64,000 nt of DNA from Malacoraja senta. Lineage: Eukaryota. This document shows positions 51,800 through 64,000 of this stretch, piece by piece (positions within the stretch are counted from its first letter, which is position 1; every line of letters starts with the position of its first letter). The stretch is from assembly GCA_038087875.1 (NCBI GenBank), contig JAXLNO010000385.1:868001-932000 (forward strand). The letters are read 5' to 3'. Position numbers and translations under genes: made by a program. The notes below the pieces were generated by a model. It saw nothing but the letters and a program-made list of their open reading frames with translations. It was not told the origin of the DNA and ran no database searches.

Positions 51800-53564
51800 C
51801 TGGAAAAAATAACAAATATTTTTTAAAAATGAGTCACACAAACTAATTCTAGCGGTCCTAAATATCTGCAAGTCAAACAAAAATACTTCAAAGCTTGCTA
51901 CTAAGACAAATAATTACACAGGCAAGAGGTCTTTTTAGTGGCATTCATGTTCTCATGTAATGTCTTACATGCATACATTTTATAAATGCTTTCTGAACGG
52001 TATGTGCAGTATATCCTTCTTTTCCACTGGAGAAATATTGAATTTACAACAATATTTTACATAACTTTAATACTGAATATTTCAATAATATTCATTGCTT
52101 TGAGGGTTTGAAGTTGACTTTCAGAAGGAGAGGTAGAACAGTGCCTTATTTCCCAGCTTGTCTGTAACCTTGTAGATTGATGATCTTGCAGTGTGTTTTT
52201 GAAATGAACAATCCAATTATGGCTAGTATTGAAACAATTGCTAATGGCCACCTACGCTATAAATAACCATTATCTGAAGGTTAAAATGTTAAAACAGCAC
52301 ATCCCAGTGCTCCACAGAATAAACTGTGTTAACAAAAATGTTTTCAAATTAAAAATTTAAATCTAGGTTTTAGTTACAGTTGATTCAAGACACAAATGTG
52401 AAATGTTATTTTTTGATATTTACATTTGATTAATACAAGATGTAATGCCACTGGCCTGTCATTTGTCTATAATGCTCCCATCATCCATATGTACATCTAA
52501 TAATCATTATACTGAACGTATAGTCAGGAAAATGTATTACTGTAAACTCATTCACATGATGTGAGCATTCCCAGTGCCATTTGTCCATCCTTTAATGAAA
52601 CTGGAAAGGCCACAGTGAGTTGCCTTCTTGAAAAGCTGCAGCATGGCAGAAGTAATCGTCCAGTACTGCTAGTTGGAACTTTCAGGTATTTAATCACACT
52701 GGGCAATAAAAGAACAGTGATATTTTGGCTTAGAACAGCAGGCGAATTGGAGAGGAACTCACAGATGGTTGCATATCCATGCATCGGCTGGCTTTTTGCA
52801 AGTTCAGAGAGTGCGGTGAAAGATGCAGCAGTTGCTTTGGGACACTGTGGAGATAGTGTGGGACTGGTTGAGGGATGTCATTCAAGGACTTATCCTAATG
52901 TACTGTGGGCCAATCAAGCAGGTGCTGTAACCTAAATAGCATTGAAGGAGCAGCAACCATCAAGGAGCATGCCAACACACCTATAGCTTATATCTTGTGG
53001 AAAGGATTATTTGTTTGTGAAGCCTTTTAAGAAAACTATAAACAAATAGATCTTTGATTCTCAGAATACAAAACCTATTTATGTTCATAAGATCATAAGA
53101 AATAGGAGCAGAATTAGGCCATTCAGCCCATTAAGTCTACTTTGCCATTCAATCATGGCTGATCTATCTCCCCATTCTAACCCCATTCTCCTGCCTTCTC
53201 CCCATAACCTCTGACCCCCATACTAATCAATAATCTATCTATGTCTGCCTAAAAATATCCACTGACATTTCCTCCACAGCCTTCTGTGGCAAATAATTCC
53301 ACAGATTACCTAACCTCTGACTAAATATGTGGAATGAATTGTGTGGAATGAGCTTCCAGTGGAAGTGGTGGAGGCAGGTTCGATTTTATAATTTAAAAAT
53401 AAATTGGATAGGTATATGGACGGGAAAGGAATGGAGGGTTATGGTCTGAGTGCAGAGTAAGGTGAGAGTAAGTGTTCGGCACGGACTAGAAGGGACGAGA
53501 TGGCCTGTTTCCGTGCTGTAATTGTTATATGGTTATATGATTAAATACATTTCTCCTGTTTAAG

Positions 53565-54345
53565 AAAGAACTGCAGATGCTGGAAAAATCAAAGGCAGAC
53601 AAAAATGCTGGAGAAACTTAGCGGGTGAGGCAGCATCTATGGAGGGAAGGAATAGGAGATGTTTCGAGTCAAGACCCTTCTTCAGAATGATGTGGGGGTG
53701 GGGGGGCGGGAAGGAGAAAGCAAGAGATGGACACAGTAGGCTGTGGGAGAGCTAGGAAGGGGAGGGGAAGGAGGGAGAAAGCAAGGACTACCTGATATTG
53801 GAAAAGTCAATGTTCATACCGCTGGGGTGTAAACTGCCCCAGCGAAATATGAGGTGTTGTTCTTCCAATTTACATGGGCCTCGGCCATGGAGGAGACCCA
53901 GGACAGAAAGGTCGGATTCAGAATGGGAGTGGGAGTTGAAGTGCTGAGCCACCGAGAGATCAGGTTGGTTAATGCAAACTGAGCGGTGGTGTTGGGCGAA
54001 GCGATCGCCAAGCCTGCGCTTGGTCTCACTGATGTAGAGCCGTTGACAACTAGAACAGCGGATGCAATAGATGATGTTGGAGGAGGTGCAGGTGAACCTC
54101 TGCCTCAACCGGAAAGACTGCTTAGGTCCTTGGATGGAGTCGAGGGGGAGGTAAAGCGACAAGTGAAGCATTTCCTGCGGATGCAAGGGAAAGTACCAGG
54201 GGAGGGGGTGGTTTGGGTGGGAAGGGACGCATTGACCAGGGAGTTATGGGGGGAGCGGTCTCTGTGGAAAGCCGGAAAGGGAGGAGGTGGGAAGATGTGG
54301 CCAGTGGTGGGATCCCGTTGGAGGTGGCGAAAATGGCGAAAAGGG
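53565..54345 (-). mobile_element. Penelope-like element 3' part: GIY-YIG endonuclease plus pLTR with hammerhead motif
   Basis: ORF 53788-54186 FTCTSSNIIYCIRCSSCQRLYISETKRRLGDRFAQH...HPSGMNI; CTGAAGA..GAAAC at 53661-53685. Confidence 0.85.
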
Positions 54346-54349
54346 TGAA

Positions 54350-55040
54350 AATAAATTGCTCCTCATCTGCTTCCGAAAAGAACATCCTTTAATCCTGAGG
54401 CTGTGACCTCTAGTCTTAGACTCTCCCATTTTTGGAAACATCCTCTCCACATCCACTCTATCCAAGCCTTTCACTATTCTATATGTTTCAATGAGGTCTT
54501 CCCTCATTCTTCTAAACTCCAGCGTGTACAGGCCCAGTGCTGTCATACGGTCATATGTTAACCTACTCATTCCTGGGATCATTCTTGTAAACCTCCTCTG
54601 GACCCTCTCCAGAGCCAGCACATCCTTCCTCGGATATGGTGCCCAAATTTGCTCAAGATATCCCAAATGCAGCCTGACCAGCGTCTTATAGAGCCTCAGC
54701 ATTACATCCCTCTTGTTGTATACAAGCCCTCTCAAAATGAATGCTAATATTCCAATTTGCTTTCTTTAATACTGATTCGACTCGCAGATTAACTTTTGGG
54801 AATCCTGCACCAACACTCCCAAGTCCATTTGCACCTCCGATTTCTGGATTCTCTCCCCATTTAGAAAATAATCTACGCCTTTATTCCTACTACCAAAATG
54901 CATGACTCCACACTTTGCTATGCTGTATTCCATCTGCCACTTCGCTGCTCACTCTCCCAACCTATCCAAGTCCTTCTGCAGAGTCCCTGCTTTCTTTACC
55001 TGCCCCGCCACCTAATTTCGTACCACGTGCAAACTTGGTC
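54350..55040 (-). mobile_element. CR1 ORF2 3' fragment
   Basis: LYKTLVRLHLGY..ERVQRRFTRMIPG. Confidence 0.85.
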
Positions 55041-55346
55041 ACAAAGCCTTCAATCCCCTCACCCAAATCATTATGAAGTTCGTGTGGCAGGAGCAGAATT
55101 AGGCCATTCAGCCCATCATCTACTCTGCCATTCAATTATGGTTGATCTATCTCTCCCTCTCAATCCCATCCTCCTGCCTCTCTCCATAACCTCTGACTAA
55201 TCAAGAATCCATCTATCTCTCTCTTAAAAATATCTATTCATGGCCTCCACCGCCATCTGTGGCAATGAATTCAAGGGAAAATGTATAGATGAGAACTAAG
55301 TAAAATTCCAGAATGGGGAAAATAAGGAATCCTTGAGTATATTTAC

Positions 55347-55448
55347 CTCCAGTAATTGCGTTAACACACTCAATACACCTGTACTTTTTTCCAACTTTTG
55401 TTTCAGTTCACTGACCTCAGTAGCCGCACCACAGAGGTCTGTCTGCAC
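55347..55448 (-). pseudogene. ZW10: ZW10 exon 3 (102 bp)
   Basis: acag|VQTDLCGAATEVSELKQKLEKSTGVLSVLTQLLE|gtaaat. Confidence 0.85.
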
Positions 55449-55909
55449 CTGTTTAAAAAAAACATGCAAGATAATCACCGAAAACTCTGCAACTTAAATC
55501 TAAAGTACATACTTCATATCTCGATTTTTAGCTCAAAATAAAAATCATGATTAGTGCGATGCAAGCTATGTCAAGAAGAGACAAAATGAGGGTGGGTTTC
55601 TAAATATTTTGATCAAGGAGCCTAGATAGAACCTGGCATAATCAGTAAATGTAAAATCATTCAGAGAGAGTTTTAACATCACGTTCCCAATGCTTTTACA
55701 TTTATTTATAAGGTAACTACATTGTGAAACTTCTATTTACAACTTTGAGAAAAAATAAATAGCACCAAAATGTTAGCAGCTGTTTCGCACTTGGTTTCTT
55801 TACGTGTATCATGTTGGCAACAACATAATTAACGGTTTTATAAAATAGCATGGAATGGACCACAAGAACTCTTGAATATTTTAAATTAATAAACATTATT
55901 TAAATGAAG

Positions 55910-56580
55910 TCAGTCATACTGTGCGGAAACAGGCCCTTCGGCCCAACATGTCCCATCTACACCAGTGCCACCTGCCTGCGATTGGCCCATATCCCTGTAA
56001 ACCTGTCCTATCCATGTACCTGCCAAATGTCAACCATTGCAATAGCAGACTTGGTTTCAACAGCCTCAACTACACCCCCCTGGCAGCTCGTTCCATAAAC
56101 CCACCACCCTTTATACAGTCAGAGCCATACAGACCAACATGTCCCATCTACACCAGTTCCACTTTCCTGCATTTGGCCCTTATAACTCTAAACCTCCTAT
56201 CCATGAACCTGTCTAATTGCTTCTTAAACGTTACGATTGTCCTTGCCTCAACCACCACCTCTGGCAACTCATTCCATACACCCACCATCCTTTGCGTGAA
56301 AAGGTTACCCCTCAGATTCCTATAAAAGATTCTCAATTCTCCCATTCTGAGCAAGAGACTGTGTGTCCACCTAATCTATTCCGCTCATGATTTTATACAC
56401 CTCTGTAAAATCACCCCTCATCCTCCTGTGCTACAGGGGATAGAGTTCCAGCTTGCTCAACCTCTTCCTATACCTCAGACACCTCTAGTCCTGGCAACAT
56501 CCTTGTAAATCATCTCTGCACCCTTTCCAACTTAACATATTTCCTTTAACATGGTGCCCAGAACTGAACACAATACTCTA
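55910..56580 (-). mobile_element. CR1 3' fragments
   Basis: RGNLFTQRMVGVWNELPE. Confidence 0.7.
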
Positions 56581-56780
56581 AAGGTAGACAAAAATGCTGG
56601 AAAACTCAGCAGCAGAGGCAGCATATGTGGAGCGAAGGAATAGGCGACGTTTCAGGTCGAGACCCTTCTTCAGACCCGAAACGTTACCTATTCCTTCGCT
56701 CCATAGATGCTGCCTCAACTGCTGAGTTTTCCAGCATTTTTGTCTACCTTCAATTTTTCCAGCATCTGCAGTTCTTTCTT
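56581..56780. mobile_element. Inverted pair of Penelope pLTR-like units
   Basis: 56581-56655 is nearly the reverse complement of 56678-56750; hammerhead core on minus at 56646-56673. Confidence 0.7.
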
Positions 56781-56945
56781 AAACAATACTCTAAAGGCTT
56801 TTACCAGCTCCTTATGTATCTGCAGCTCCTTATATAACTGCAACATGACCTCCCAACTTCTTTACTCAATACTCTGACTAATGCAGGCCACTTCCTGCTG
56901 TCAACCATTAATACTTAGCAATATTACAGCTCTGTACATGCATGC

Positions 56946-57545
56946 ATGTACAGTTGGGATGTAATGTTAAAATTGTACAAGGCATTGGTGAGGCCAATTC
57001 TGGAGTATGGTGTACAATTTTGGTCGCCAAATTATAGGAAATATGTCATCAAAATAGAGAGAGTACAGAGGAGATTTACTAGAATATTGCCGGGGTTTCA
57101 GCACCTAAGTTACAGAGAAAGGTTGAACAAGTTAGGTCTTTATTCTTTGGAGCGCAGAAGGTTAAGGGTGGACTTGATAGAGGTCTTTAAAATGATGAGA
57201 GGGATAGACAGAGTTCACGTGGATAAGCTTTTTCCATTGAGAATAGGGAAGATTCAAACAAGAGGACATGATTTGAGAATTAAGGGACAGACGTTTAGAG
57301 GTAACATGAGGGGGAACTTCTTTACTCAGAGAGTGGTAGCTGAGTGGAATGAGCTTCCAGTGGAAGTGGTGGAGGCAGGTTCGATTTTATCATTTAAAAA
57401 TTAATTGGATAGGTATATGGACGGGAAAGGAATGGAGGGTTATGGTCTGAGTGCAGGTGGATGGGACTAGGTGAGAGTCAGTGTTCGGCACGGACTAGAT
57501 GGGTCGAGATGGCCTGTTTCTGTGCAGTAATTGTTATATGGTTTG
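56946..57545 (+). mobile_element. CR1 ORF2 3' fragment plus 3' UTR
   Basis: LYKALVRPILEYGVQFWSP..ERVQRRFTR. Confidence 0.88.
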
Positions 57546-57829
57546 TTATATATTCATCTGCTCACTAGAATTTCTGCACATTAAATTGAACTTAATTATG
57601 GTCTAAATTACAGCATTCCCATGTTCCACAATATGAATTGATAATTCACCTAAATGTTAACAGCTTGAGAAACGGGATTATTGGAATGATTTTAACGAGG
57701 CTGCTTTGGTCCCCTTCTCAATTCTGTGGAAGTTTTCGACCTTTGAGGGCAGAAAGGATTTAGAAGGATGTTGCCTGGACTTGAGGTTCTGAGCTACAGG
57801 GAAAAGTTCTCAGGAGAACGTAGTCCTTG

Positions 57830-58070
57830 ACCCGGACCAGCGGATCATGGCTTCAGGGGAAGCCACTGAGCCGGTCCCTGCTGGTTGGACCCGCGGTCAG
57901 ACTGCCGGCCTACAGGGGGAGCCACTGAGCCAGTCCCTGCTCGGTGGACCCACGGTCAGACTTCCGGCCTACAGGGGGAGCCACTGAGCCAGTCCCTGCT
58001 CGTTGGACCCACGGTCAGCCTGCCGGCCTACAGGGGGAGCAACTGAGCCGGTCCCTGGTCATTGGACCTG
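57830..58070 (+). repeat. ~59-bp GC-rich minisatellite, about 4 units
   Basis: CAGGGGGAGCCACTGAGCC recurs near 57855, 57913, 57972 and 58031. Confidence 0.85.
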
Positions 58071-58149
58071 GCAGCGCCCGGTGGGTCAGGGGAGTTGTAG
58101 ACATTGTGGTGGGGGACAGATTACATTTCCCATCACGCTGGTGCCTCAT

Positions 58150-59512
58150 TTAAAAAATTACACAAATACTTTTATTCAAAAAAATAAAAATAAACATGCA
58201 GAGCATTAACACTATCAAAGACTATGTTGACAGTTTACAAACAATCGATCATCAAATTAATATAACGCCAACTTTATCAACAAAACACTCGACCTCCCGC
58301 GGCAACCAGCATTGACGGAGGGCCTCCAAAGTCCCCGTGGACACCGCGTGTTCCCTCTCCAGGCCCTTCAGATAGTCGAACAGGGGCTGCAACCTCTCAC
58401 ACTGCATGTCCAAATGGAACACGGTGTCTTCCTCGCCACAGAAGTGACAGGCGCTGGCGAGTCCGTGAACCGGCTCAAGTACCTGTTACAGGCCACAGCC
58501 ATGTGCAACACTCTCCACCCCAGGTCCCCGATGTAAAGGGGTAGGACTCCCTTATAGAGAGACCTCCACTGAGGACCACACCTGCCATCAGGTGGTGACA
58601 CGGACCGCCAGGGCATGTCCGGACGGACGACAAGGGCGAGGAAGTGTAGAGTGTACAGGATCAGCCTGTACAGTACGCTCCTCTCCGCATCATGGGCATC
58701 TCGGAAAGGCGGCTCATGTTGCGTGGGGCCGGCTCTCGGGAAGGGACCCGGGCCGTAGGTCCTTTGAGCAATTCCGACGGAGCGGGGGTAACCTGGGCCA
58801 GAACCGCTCCACGCACATGCCTCTCCTCGATACCCACCGTGACAGGGTGAGGACTGGCCACCCTCGCAGCCACAACAACCCCCTCCGCCTGTGGAGCCGC
58901 GCCCTGGGAAGGTGACCAGATTCCTGGCTTTAAATATATCTCGATAAAAGCCAGGCAATTCCCGCCCAGCGTGTCGACTGATGCCCGCTACCGGGAGCTG
59001 TGTGCCCTCCTAGAGGCAGCGACCCTGGCGGGAAAAGTACGTTGCCAGCGCGTGCCATTAGGAGGACACTCGGAATACATATACCTCCGCAGGGTCCTGA
59101 GACGGAGAGCCGCCACCTGGGTACGGACGCAAACCAGCGCCTGACCGCCCTCCTCCAACGGGAGACTCAGAACCCCAGCAGAGACCCAATGATTCCTTTC
59201 ATCCCCAGAAGAAGTTCCAACCTCCTTTGGATCATCGTGACAAATAAAGAGGGCAGGACCAGAGTGGCCAGCCGGTGCCACAACATAGAGGCCCCCAGCT
59301 GGTTTATGACCAATGCTCTCCCCCGGTGAGAGAGCTCGCCAAGGATGCCTGACCAACGCCCTAGCCGGGCGATGACTTTCACCTCTAGCTCCTGCCAGTT
59401 CGCTGGCCAATCCCCTCAGTGGGACTCAGGTAGACCCCAGGTAGAGGAGGTGCGTGGTGCCCCACGCATAAGCTGTCATCACCTCCGGCAGGGAGTCCAC
59501 CTCCCACTGACC
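58150..59512 (-). mobile_element. Tx1-like LINE ORF2 3' portion
   Basis: LSHRGRALVINQLGASMLWHRL, LPLEEGGQAL, WRSLYKGVLPLYIGDLGWRVLH and a degenerate CCHC knuckle. Confidence 0.85.
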
Positions 59513-59712
59513 NNNNNNNNNNNNNNNNNNNNNNNNNNNNNNNNNNNNNNNNNNNNNNNNNNNNNNNNNNNNNNNNNNNNNNNNNNNNNNNNNNNNNNNN
59601 NNNNNNNNNNNNNNNNNNNNNNNNNNNNNNNNNNNNNNNNNNNNNNNNNNNNNNNNNNNNNNNNNNNNNNNNNNNNNNNNNNNNNNNNNNNNNNNNNNNN
59701 NNNNNNNNNNNN
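59513..59712. other. Assembly gap (200 N)
   Basis: Run of n; true size unknown. Confidence 0.99.
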
Positions 59713-60640
59713 ACAATCAGCACGGGAGCACCTCAAGGCTGCGTGCTCAGCCCCCTACTGCACTCGCTCTATACTCATGACTGCGTAGCCAGTCATAGTG
59801 CGAACTCCACTGTTGTGGGACGTATCACTGATAGGGATGAGTCAGAGTATAGAAGAGAGATCGAGCGACTCTCCATATGGTGCCAGCACAATAACTTGGC
59901 CCTCAACACCCGCAAAACCAAGGAACTGATTGTGGACTTTGGAAGGAGTAGGATGGGGACCCAAAGTCCCGTTTATATCAACGGGTCGATGGTTGAAAGG
60001 GTCAAGAGCTTCTAATTCCTGGGCGTGCACATCTCTGAAGATCTTTCCTGGTCCGAGAACACTGATGCAATTATTAAGAAAGCACATCAGCGCCTCTACT
60101 TCCTGAGAAGATAACGGAGGGTCAGTTTGTAAAGGAGGACGCTCTCGAACTTCTACAGGTGCACAGTAGAGAGCATGCTGACCGGTTGCAGTGTGGCTTG
60201 GTTCGGCAACTTGAGGGCCCTGGAGAGGAAAATACTACAAAAAGTAGTTAACACTGCCCAGTCCATCATCGGCTCTAATCTCCCTTCCATCTAGGGGATC
60301 TATCGCAGTCGTTGCCTCAAAAAGGCTGGCAATATCATCAAGGAACCATACCATCCTGGCCACACACTCATCTCCCTGCTACATTCAGGTAGAAGGTACA
60401 GGAGACTGAAGACCAGGTTCATGAATAGCTACGTCCCCACAGCCATCAGGCTTTTAAACTTGGCTCGGACAATACTCTGAACATTAATAGTCCATTACCT
60501 GTTATTTGTACTTTTTACGTAGATAATGGTATATGGACACACTGATCTGCTTTGTAGTCAATGCCTACTATGTTCTGTTGTGCTGAAGCAAAGCAAGAAT
60601 TTCATTGTCCTATCAGGGATACATGACAATAAACTCTCTT
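59713..60640 (+). mobile_element. Rex1/Babar-like LINE 3' half
   Basis: GAPQGCVLSPLL, NNLALNTRKTKELIVDF, KKAHQRLYFLR; AATAAA tail ~60628. Confidence 0.85.
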
Positions 60641-60654
60641 GATTATTGATTCTT

Positions 60655-63600
60655 GAACCCGAAATCTAACTCGAACGCGAACTCGTTCTCTATCTCGAAC
60701 TCGAACTCTATCTCGAACTCGAGTTTGAGTTCGACTTGCGGGCGGAGTCCCAAGGCAACTTCCCTGTATGTGAGTACTAGGCCAATAAACGTGTTCATTC
60801 ATTCATTCTTTCATTCATTCAATTCGAACTCGAACTCGAACTTGATCTCGAACTCGAGAAAAACTGTTTATGGAAAGACAGGGTGGGTATAATTTGAGAG
60901 GGGAAAATAATTGTAAAAAACGCAATGTCAGAACTACTCTTAAAAGTATGTGCATAGCAATCTGTGGGGTGAATTTGTGGAATGTTCTGGAACAGGAGAT
61001 AAAGCTTAGCACAAAAATAATTCAATTTAAAAAGATGTACAAAAACACTTTTTTTAAAGGATATTGGGATGACGATAGGTGATTGTGAGTGTGATATTTG
61101 TTATACTGATTATATCGGGAAGGGTGATTATAAGGTGATGGGTTGTATATATGACTAAGGGATACTGTATAGTATATGAGGGTTATGGGTTATATATATG
61201 ACTGAGGATACTGTATAGTATATGAGGGTTTTTTCTTTCCTTTTTTCTTTTTTCTCTCTTATTTTGTATGGCTGTAAATATTTGATTAGTGTATAAATGT
61301 AAATAATTTGGTGTACATATAGCTGCTGGTGTACATACGGTGTACATATAGCTGCTAAATGTGTATAAGATAATTATAAGCAGTTGAATAAGGGGTGGGA
61401 ATTAATAAGCTTACGATTTCATTTATTTATAGATATTGTTTATGACACTATAAATATTCTTGTTTTGTTTTTTTGTATGCTGTTTCACACTTGCTTTTTA
61501 TTCTTTTATTCTGTTCGAAATAAAGAATTAAATAAAATAAAAATAAAATAAACTCGAACTCGAACTCGAACTCGAACTCGAACTCTATCTCGAACTGCAA
61601 CTCCAACTTGAACTCGAAATCTAACTCGAACTCTATCACGAACTCTATCTCGAACTCGAACTCTATCTCTAACTCGAACGAACTCGAAATCGTAATCTTA
61701 TCTCGAACTCGATCTCAAACTCGAGTTCGAGTTCGACTGGCGGGCGGAGCACCAAGGTAAATTCCTTGTATGTGAATACATGGCCAATAAACGTATTCAT
61801 TCATTCATGCATTCAGTCAACTCGAACTCTCTCTCGAACTCAAACTCGAACTCTATCTCGAACTCGATCTCGATCTCGAATTCGAACTTGAACTCTAATT
61901 CAATCTTGAACTCTAACTCTGACTCGAATTCGAACTCTATATCGAACTCTCTCTAAAACTCGAACTTACTCTGTCTCGAACTATCTCAAACTCTCTATCG
62001 AACTCGAACTCTATCTCGATCTATCTCGAACGAGAACTCGATCTCAAACTCGATCTCGAACTGGAACTCGAACTATCTTGAACTCGAACTTTATCTCGAA
62101 CTCGAAATCTATCTCGAACTCGAACTCGAAATCGATCTCGAACTCGAGTTGGATTTCGACACGTGCGGAGCACCAAGGCAAACTCCTTGTATGTGAATAC
62201 TTTGCCAATGAACTTATTCATTCGTTCAACTCGAACTCGAGCTCGAACTTGAAATCGAACTCGAACTATATCTCGAACTCGAACTCGAATTCCAACTCGA
62301 ACTCTATCTCGAACTCTCTCTCTCTAACTAAAACTCGAACTCGAACTCGTACTCTATCTCGAACACGAACTCTTATCTCAAACTCGAACTATCTCGAACT
62401 CTCTCTCGAACTCGAACTCTGTCTCGAACTCTATCTCGAACTATCTCGAACGCGGACTCGATCTTGAACTCGAACTATCTCTAGCTAAAACTCGAATTCA
62501 AACTCGAACTCTCGACCTCGACCTCTATCTCAAACTCGAAATCTATCTCGAACTCGAGCTCGAATTCGATCTCGAACTCGAGTTGGATTTCGACTTACGG
62601 GCGAAACACCAAGGCAAATTCCTGTATGTGAATACTTGGCCAATATACTTATTCATTCATTCATTCATTCAACTCGAATGCGAGCTCGAAATCGAACTCG
62701 AACTCGAACTCGAACTCGAACGAACTCGAACTCGAACAAACTCGAACTCGAACTCGAACTCGAACTCGAATTCGATCTCGAACTCTATCTCGAACTCGAA
62801 CTCTATCTCGAACTCGATTTCGGGTGTGACTTTCGGCCGGAGCACCAAGGCAAAAATCTTGTATGTGAATACTTGGACAATAAACTTATACATTCTTTCA
62901 TTCATTCAACTCGTGCTCGAACTTGAACTCGAACTATAACTCGAACTATCTCGAACTAACTCCACCTTGAACTCTATCTCAAACTCTCTCTCGAACTCGA
63001 ACTATATCTCGAACTCGAACTCTATTTCCAACTCGAACTATCTCGAGCTAAAACTCGAATTCGAACGATCTCAATCTCGAACTCGAACTCTATCTCGGAA
63101 TCAAACTCTAACTCGAAATCGAACTCCAACTACAAATCGAACGAACTCGAACTCTATCTCGAACTCGAACTCTATCTCGAACTCGAACTATCTCGAACTC
63201 GAACTCTATCTCGAACTCTATCTCGAACGTGAATTCGAACTCATACTCTATCTCGAATACCGAGGCAAATTCCTTGCATGCGAATACGTATCCAGTAAAC
63301 GTATTCATTATTCATTCATTCAACTCTAACTCGAGCTCGAACCTGAACGCGAACTCGATCTCTATCTCGAACTCGAACTCGAACTCTATCGAACTTTATC
63401 TCGAACTCTATCGAACTTTATCTCGAACTCAATCGAAATTTATCTCGAACTCGAACTCTATCTCGAACTCGGTCTATCTCGAACTCGAACTCTATCTCGA
63501 ACTCTGTCTCGATCTCGGTCTCGATCTCGATCTCGAACTCGAATTCGAACTCTAACACTATCTAGAACTCTCTCCCAAACTCGAACGTACTCGATCTCGA

Positions 63601-64000
63601 ACTCGTAGTCGATCTCGAACTCGAACTAGATCTCGAACTCGAACTCTATCTCGAACTCGAACCATCTCGAACTCGAACAATCTTGAACTGGAACTCGAAC
63701 TCCAACTCGAACTCAATCTCGAACTCGAACTATATCTCGAACTCTCACTCGAACTCGAACTCTATCTCGAACTCGAACACTATCTCGAACTCCAACTCCA
63801 ACTCGAACTTGAACTCGAAATCTAACACGACCTCTATCAGGAACTCTATCTCGAACTCGAACACTATCTATCTCGAACTCGTACTCTATCTCGAACTCGA
63901 ACTCGAACTCGAACTCGAGTTGGAGTTCAATTTACGGGCGGAGCACCAAGGCACATTTCTTGTATGTGAATACTTGGCCAATAAACGTATTCATTCATTC
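60655..64000 (+). repeat. (TCGAAC)n-based CpG-rich satellite with an interspersed ~80-bp conserved unit
   Basis: Hexamer variants TCGAAC/TCTATC; unit GGAGCACCAAGGCAAATTCCTTGTATGTGAATACTTGGCCAATAAAC..(ATTC)n occurs 7 times. Confidence 0.92.
60858..61552 (+). mobile_element. L2/Crack-like LINE 3' fragment inside the satellite
   Basis: YNLRG..RTTLKSMCIAICGVNLWN; AT-rich UTR ending in (AAATA)n. Confidence 0.6.

Larger units (their letters stand above)
11578..55448 (-). pseudogene. ZW10: ZW10 kinetochore protein, non-processed pseudogene (exons 3-13, partial 15, 16; exons 1-2 and 14 not found)
   Basis: 13 colinear exons translate to ZW10-like peptides (e.g. [52 protein letters not shown]) and carry multiple disabling lesions. 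Confidence 0.93.

Noticed and set aside
52548..52935. 124-aa and 78-aa ORFs
   Set aside because: No recognisable domain; the region looks like old degenerate repeat sequence
61448..63555. NS/EL/RT-repeat ORFs
   Set aside because: Translations of the TCGAAC satellite
60655..64000. CRISPR-like pattern of a constant unit with variable spacers
   Set aside because: The spacers are hexamer satellite hundreds of bp long, the unit is a LINE-like tail, there are no cas genes, and the context is eukaryotic
55449..64000. ZW10 exons 1-2 or promoter
   Set aside because: No matching peptide or CpG-island promoter was seen; they may lie in the gap, beyond the window, or be lost

Overview
This is vertebrate genomic DNA, not prokaryotic. 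The repeat complement (CR1, Rex1/Babar, Tx1/L1, Penelope, DIRS) suggests a cartilaginous fish such as a skate or ray; that assignment is inference. The backbone is a multi-exon ZW10 (kinetochore RZZ/NRZ subunit) locus on the minus strand, ~11578-55448. Exons equivalent to human 3-13, 15 and 16 are recognisable, and most match the exon lengths I recall for human ZW10. This copy is a non-processed pseudogene: 2 frameshifts, 2 premature stops, 3 broken splice sites, exon 15 truncated at an RTE LINE, and exon 14 not found. Its introns hold four full-length DIRS tyrosine-recombinase retrotransposons. Three belong to a family ('A') sharing the same inactivating lesions; one belongs to a divergent, nearly intact family ('B') with almost identical termini. 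Also present: a non-autonomous Helitron, CR1, RTE, Penelope elements with minimal hammerhead ribozyme motifs, L1, Tx1, Rex1 and Vingi-like LINEs, a MITE, a 200-N gap and a terminal CpG-rich (TCGAAC)n satellite punctuated by a conserved LINE-tail unit. All calls were made by eye; no database searches were run.
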